From Tubiluchus corallicola (taxonomy: Eukaryota > Animalia > Priapulida), in NCBI GenBank assembly GCA_030141605.1, contig JAQGDQ010000607.1, positions 65,842 through 129,841 of the forward strand: a stretch of 64,000 nucleotides of DNA. The letters run 5' to 3'. The stretch's first letter is position 1, and every line of letters begins with the position of its first letter. Positions 59,209 through 64,000 of this stretch are shown piece by piece. The position numbers and the translations under genes are program-made. The notes below the pieces were generated by a model. It made no database searches. It saw only the letters and a list, made by a program, of their open reading frames with translations, and was not told the DNA's origin.

Positions 59209-61735
59209 CAATAGTCCTTGTCCTTTAATACATGTAAATTTTTATTTATTACCTGCTGGTCTATTATAATCAATAGCCAGTAAAGGGTTCATCTCTTTAT
59301 ATGCAGTACAAACCTCATAAGTAAATGTTATGCATGATTTATAGGAAAGAAAAGAATATTTAAGACTGATGCATTTCATATCCAGTAGTTTCTATCTGAC
59401 ATGAAATGCATCAGTCTTAAATATTCGTGCATTAATATTTTCTAACCGTCATTTTCTACTAATGTTCAATGTATTATTGTAGTAAAACTTGTCAGCTTGT
59501 GTAGTTATTGTCTATTCTTACTGTAAATGTTCTTGTAAATAGTGTATAAAGTCTGTTGTGGTGAGGATCCTAAAACAAGTTGTTCAAACTGTCTGATCCA
59601 ATCCTATAATAAATTATGTTTAAACTAAAATGTTAAAGAAAAACCGGATGATTGTGTAAACATGAGTTCAGAATAATGAATGCTCTAAAATATTGAAAAC
59701 TACAATAGCTTTTCTTAATAGATTAAATAATAATTACCTCGGATACTCAAATTTCATTAAACTTTCAAAGCTACGCGCGGCTCAGTGAATCTACTAAGAT
59801 TGGCAGCGGCGCCTTTTGGTCACGTGCGCGTAGCTTATAAATAGAAGGCGACACCATGATAACCATGATCATAAACTACAGTGTTAGTTTCTGACGTCAT
59901 ATAATGTAGAGCCCATTTTTCGTGACATCATGCGTTTAAACAGTGCTGTAACACCTATGCAAATGTGCTTGACGCGCAAGAGAAGACGCCTGCCATTGCA
60001 CAAACTGTGGTTAGTTTCTGACGTAAGCAATAGCTGTGTTCTTTTGACGTTAATTAACTTTCTAAGCTAATCATTCAAATATAAGAAATAATTGCTAACT
60101 TTTATAGGCAAGAAAATGATTATTTTGGACAATAAATTAAAATGAGATTGAGTTTAATCAATCATCCGGTTTTCCTTTAATGATCATCAATCATAGCTGA
60201 CTTAATTACTACATGCAGCCTAGAAAAAGGCTAATGTTGTTACTTAACGACGTGTGTACGGTGTCGTTTGGCTTAGCAGATTGACAATTTTGGGAGAAAC
60301 TGTGACGTTTCTCTAATGTCGATTGTATTATCGTGAAAATCTGTAATCTATCTTTCATAATCTTTTCATGTTTTAATGCTGTGGAGTCAAATGTTTAATG
60401 ACGCAGAATTTTTCCAGAGTTCAATGGCTGTTAATTATTAATTACTAATCGGACATTAACAAAATAACCAGCAAAGGCCCCGCAAAAAATTTTGCTTATA
60501 AATACAATTATAATCAAAAATGCGCGAACATTCTACCTAGTTTTTGTTTGTTTATCTAACGCAAAGCCAGCAGCTTTTACTAAATTTAACAAAAGTTTTC
60601 AAACTACAACATAATTGCTTAGTCAGAGATCATCATAGCTGACTTAATTACTCCATACAGCCTAGAAAAAAGACTAATGTTGTTACTTAACAGCGAATGT
60701 AGGGTGTCGTGTGGCTTAGCAGATTGATAATTTTGGTAGAAACAGTGACGTTTCTCTAAATATCGATTGTATTATTGTGAAAACCTGAAGTGTTCTGTAT
60801 CTTTCATAATCTTTGCATGTTTTAATGCTGTGGAACCAAATGTTTAACGACTGTCGTGTTATGAGCAACTAATGCATAGAAAAAAGAGTTACTCTGCTGC
60901 TGTACCGCAAATCAAACTCAGGGTGATTCTTAGAAAAGAATCGCTTCTCTTCTTCCCAGCAGGGAGCAAAAAATGTGCACAATTTGTGTCTTCATCCGTC
61001 AAACAAATGATCTAAATATTAAAAGGGTAGAGCGCCGGATGTTCTTTCCCGGGCGCTAGAACAACTTACTGCGCCATCTATGTTCACAACTATTTAATAT
61101 TTCTGAATGTATTGTATCTGTGGCAAACCATCTAATATTTACGATGTTTTTGTTTACTTGTTTGTCACCTCTTGTAAGCCAAGACTTTTGTACTTTTGCT
61201 CAGCGTTTGCTAGCTAGCATAATTCCGTTTGTATATGGTCATCGTTGGATTGACGTCATCGAGAGTGCGTCACCATTTGCACGTGCACCCCCACTAACAC
61301 CGCCCCTCTCTATTATTAGACTAGAGAATATATTTGCTTATTTGCTGCACTGTGATTGATTGTTATTGTTAACTATTTCTTTTCTCCTGGTTAAAATCTG
61401 TTAAAGTAGTAATCAATTAAATTTTGTTATAGACAACTTAATAGTTGGTTTGGTATTCTATCTACCATCGAATATTACAAGCTCATTAAGACTCCTAGGC
61501 TCGGGTTCCGCGTGCCCCCGTATGAAACATCAGATCCTTAGCCCGACTCCAGGATTCTAGTAGTAAATTATCTAACACTATAGAACCCCAGAACCCCAGA
61601 ATCACGTGTTACACCTCGTTTATAGGGCGGTCGTGCCTGCTTTTCATGACATTAGTAATTAGCAAAGGAGACACTGTGACGCCATGTGCATTGGTGACGT
61701 AGTCTGATTCTCAATGTAGTATCAAACACTTTGTA

Positions 61736-62207
61736 CAGTCATTTGCAAAAGTTTAAGACCAAAGTGATTTTTTCATGAAAATTGACAAAACCATCATTTA
61801 ACACGGTTCCATCTAAAAACTATTCATTTATTCTTCTAGAAAAATATACTACAGCATAGTTTGTATGTGTTTATCCAAAAATAGTCACAGTCCTTGAACA
61901 TTTTAGGACTTTGTATGGCCGCCGAAGTTGTCAATCACTGCCTTCATTCTAAGAGGCATACTGGAAATTAGGTTTTGGCAGTACTCGGAAGTAATTTCTT
62001 TAACCCAAACGTCCTTGATAACTCTTCGCGAGTCTTCAGCACTTGAAGGCTGCCTATCTGCCACCTTATCCTTCAGTATCTCCCAGAGATTCTCTATCGG
62101 ATTATGGTCCGGGCTGTTTGATGCAATCAAGAAAGAATCTGATGCAGTCAGGGTATGATGAAAATGCCGAAAACTCGAGCTTGGCATTAAACTTTTGCAA
62201 ATGACTG
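61736..62207 (-). mobile_element. Tc1 non-autonomous element
   Basis: TIR cagtcatttgcaaaagttt at both ends, TA TSD, NSPDHNPIENLWEILK remnant. Confidence 0.92.
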
Positions 62208-62251
62208 TACTTTAACAGAAGTATAGATGTGCTAATTATTATGATGATGGT

Positions 62252-62298
<47 letters not shown>

Positions 62299-62325
62299 AG
62301 AACATGATGATGATAATGATATGTA

Positions 62326-62397
<72 letters not shown>

Positions 62398-62532
62398 TAC
62401 TAACGACAATGATGACGCCAAAGATGATCATTAGTTAATTATGATCATGTTCCTGCAGCTGTTGCCATTGATGATTATGATCGTGGTGATGTTAACAGTA
62501 AAGCTAATAACAATACTGTGATGTCTTTGTAG

Positions 62533-62670
62533 AATTCCTTGGTGACATTAATGAAGATAAAGGTGAGTTCGTACTGGAAGATCACCTAAATGAGGATTTG
62601 GTTGAACGCATTGAGAATGATACAAGAACAAATGGGGCACTCAAACACAACCTAACAGCTTTCCGATTCG
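62533..62670 (+). CDS. Probable internal coding exon of an unidentified gene continuing past the window
   Basis: ctttgtag acceptor, gtacgt donor, 138 nt phase 1-1, open frame FLGDINEDKGEFVLEDHLNEDLVERIENDTRTNGALKHNLTAFRF; complex sequence amid simple repeats. Confidence 0.5.
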
Positions 62671-62815
62671 GTACGTGAAGTTGTAACACAATGTGCAACA
62701 AAAGTATATATATATGTATTTGTGCAAATTAATTTAAGCAAACTAATATTGCTCAGTTTTTGATGTATTTTCACGTGTTAAGTAGAAAAAAATGTTCCTT
62801 ATATATATATATTTA

Positions 62816-62846
<31 letters not shown>

Positions 62847-63051
62847 TATAATAAATACATATAATATATATATATATTGGCAGGAGAATTGAAGGCAAAT
62901 CCATTAGCAGTTTTCTTGTTTTTTAAATTGGCGTATATATGAGAAACAGAACTTTTTATAGAAAGAATTCAATGAGCAGAACCTGAGCATTGTGTTCTGT
63001 GTTCTCAGCTTATATTCTGCTAATAGTCTTGCACGAGATTAGTAATAAATG

Positions 63052-64000
63052 TGCCTGCACAACTGAGCCAATTGTTACATACTTCCCAATTTGCCTGCAC
63101 AACTGAGCCCATTGTTACATGCTACCAATTTGCCTGCCCTACAAAGCCCACTGTTACATACTACCCAATTTGCCTGCACAACAAAGCCCACTGTTACATA
63201 CTACCCAATTTGCCTGCCCTATAAAGCTCATTGTTACATGCTACCCAATTTACCTGCGCAACAAAGCCCATTTTTACATGCTACCCAATTTGCGTGCGCA
63301 ACAAAGCCCATTGTTACATGCTACCCAATTTCCATGCCCTACAAGGCCCACTGTTTCATGCTACCCAATTTGCGTGCGCAACAAAGCCCATTTTACATGC
63401 TACCCAATTTGCCTGCGCAACAAAGCCCATTGTTACATGCTACCCAATTTGCCTGCGCAACAAAGCCCATTGTTACATGCTACCCAATTTGCGTGCGCAA
63501 CAAAGCCCATTTTACATGCTACCCAATTTGCCTGCGCAACAAAGCCCATTTTTACATGCTACCCAATTTGCCTGCGCAACAAAACCCATTGTTACATGCT
63601 ACCCAATTTCCCTGCCCTACAAAGCCCATTGTTACATGCTACCCAATTTGCGTGCGCAACAAAGCCCATTTTACATGCTACCCAATTTCCCTGCGCAACA
63701 AAGCCCATTGTTACATGCTACCCAATTTGCGTGCGCAACAAAGCCCATTTTACATGCTACCCAATTTCCCTGCGCAACAAAGCCCATTGTTACATGCTAC
63801 CCAATTTCCCTGCCCTACAAAGCCCATTGTTACATGCTACCCAATTTGCCTGCCCTACAAAGCCCATTGTTACATGCTACCCAATTTGCGTGCGCAACAA
63901 AGCCCATTTTACATGCTACCCAATTTGCCTGCGCAACAAAGCCCATTTTTACATGCTACCCAATTTGCCTGCGCAACAAAACCCATTGTTACATGCTACC
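63052..64000. repeat. 40-bp satellite running off the window end
   Basis: Unit gctacccaatttgcctgcgcaacaaagcccattgttacat. Confidence 0.97.

Overview
AT-rich, repeat-dense eukaryotic DNA from an invertebrate animal (spliceosomal GT-AG introns; species not identifiable). The + strand carries a complete 11-exon cytosolic seryl-tRNA synthetase gene (4204-24064, ~507 aa). It is followed by two tandem Ninjurin modules: a probably complete 4-exon gene at 32429-40965 and a second core at 49109-53538 whose 5' exons were not found. A probable coding exon of a further gene lies at 62533-62670. Introns and intergenic DNA are filled with Tc1/pogo, hAT-like, Kolobok-like, Harbinger-like and piggyBac-like MITEs, Helitron-like elements, LINE 3' remnants, solo LTRs, SINEs and minisatellites. 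Most notable observations: (1) the second Ninjurin's terminal-exon acceptor is triplicated, giving two decoy terminal exons with TAA inside AATAAA; (2) an LTR-PBS relic copied ~44 nt of tRNA-Leu with a mismatch exactly at position 58; (3) an intact 5S-rRNA-derived SINE with a target-site duplication; (4) a probable gene-conversion tract between the Ninjurin paralogs; (5) a UNE-S-like NLS tail on an invertebrate SerRS; (6) duplicated splice junctions on both sides of SerRS exon 4. All calls were made by eye; no database searches were run.
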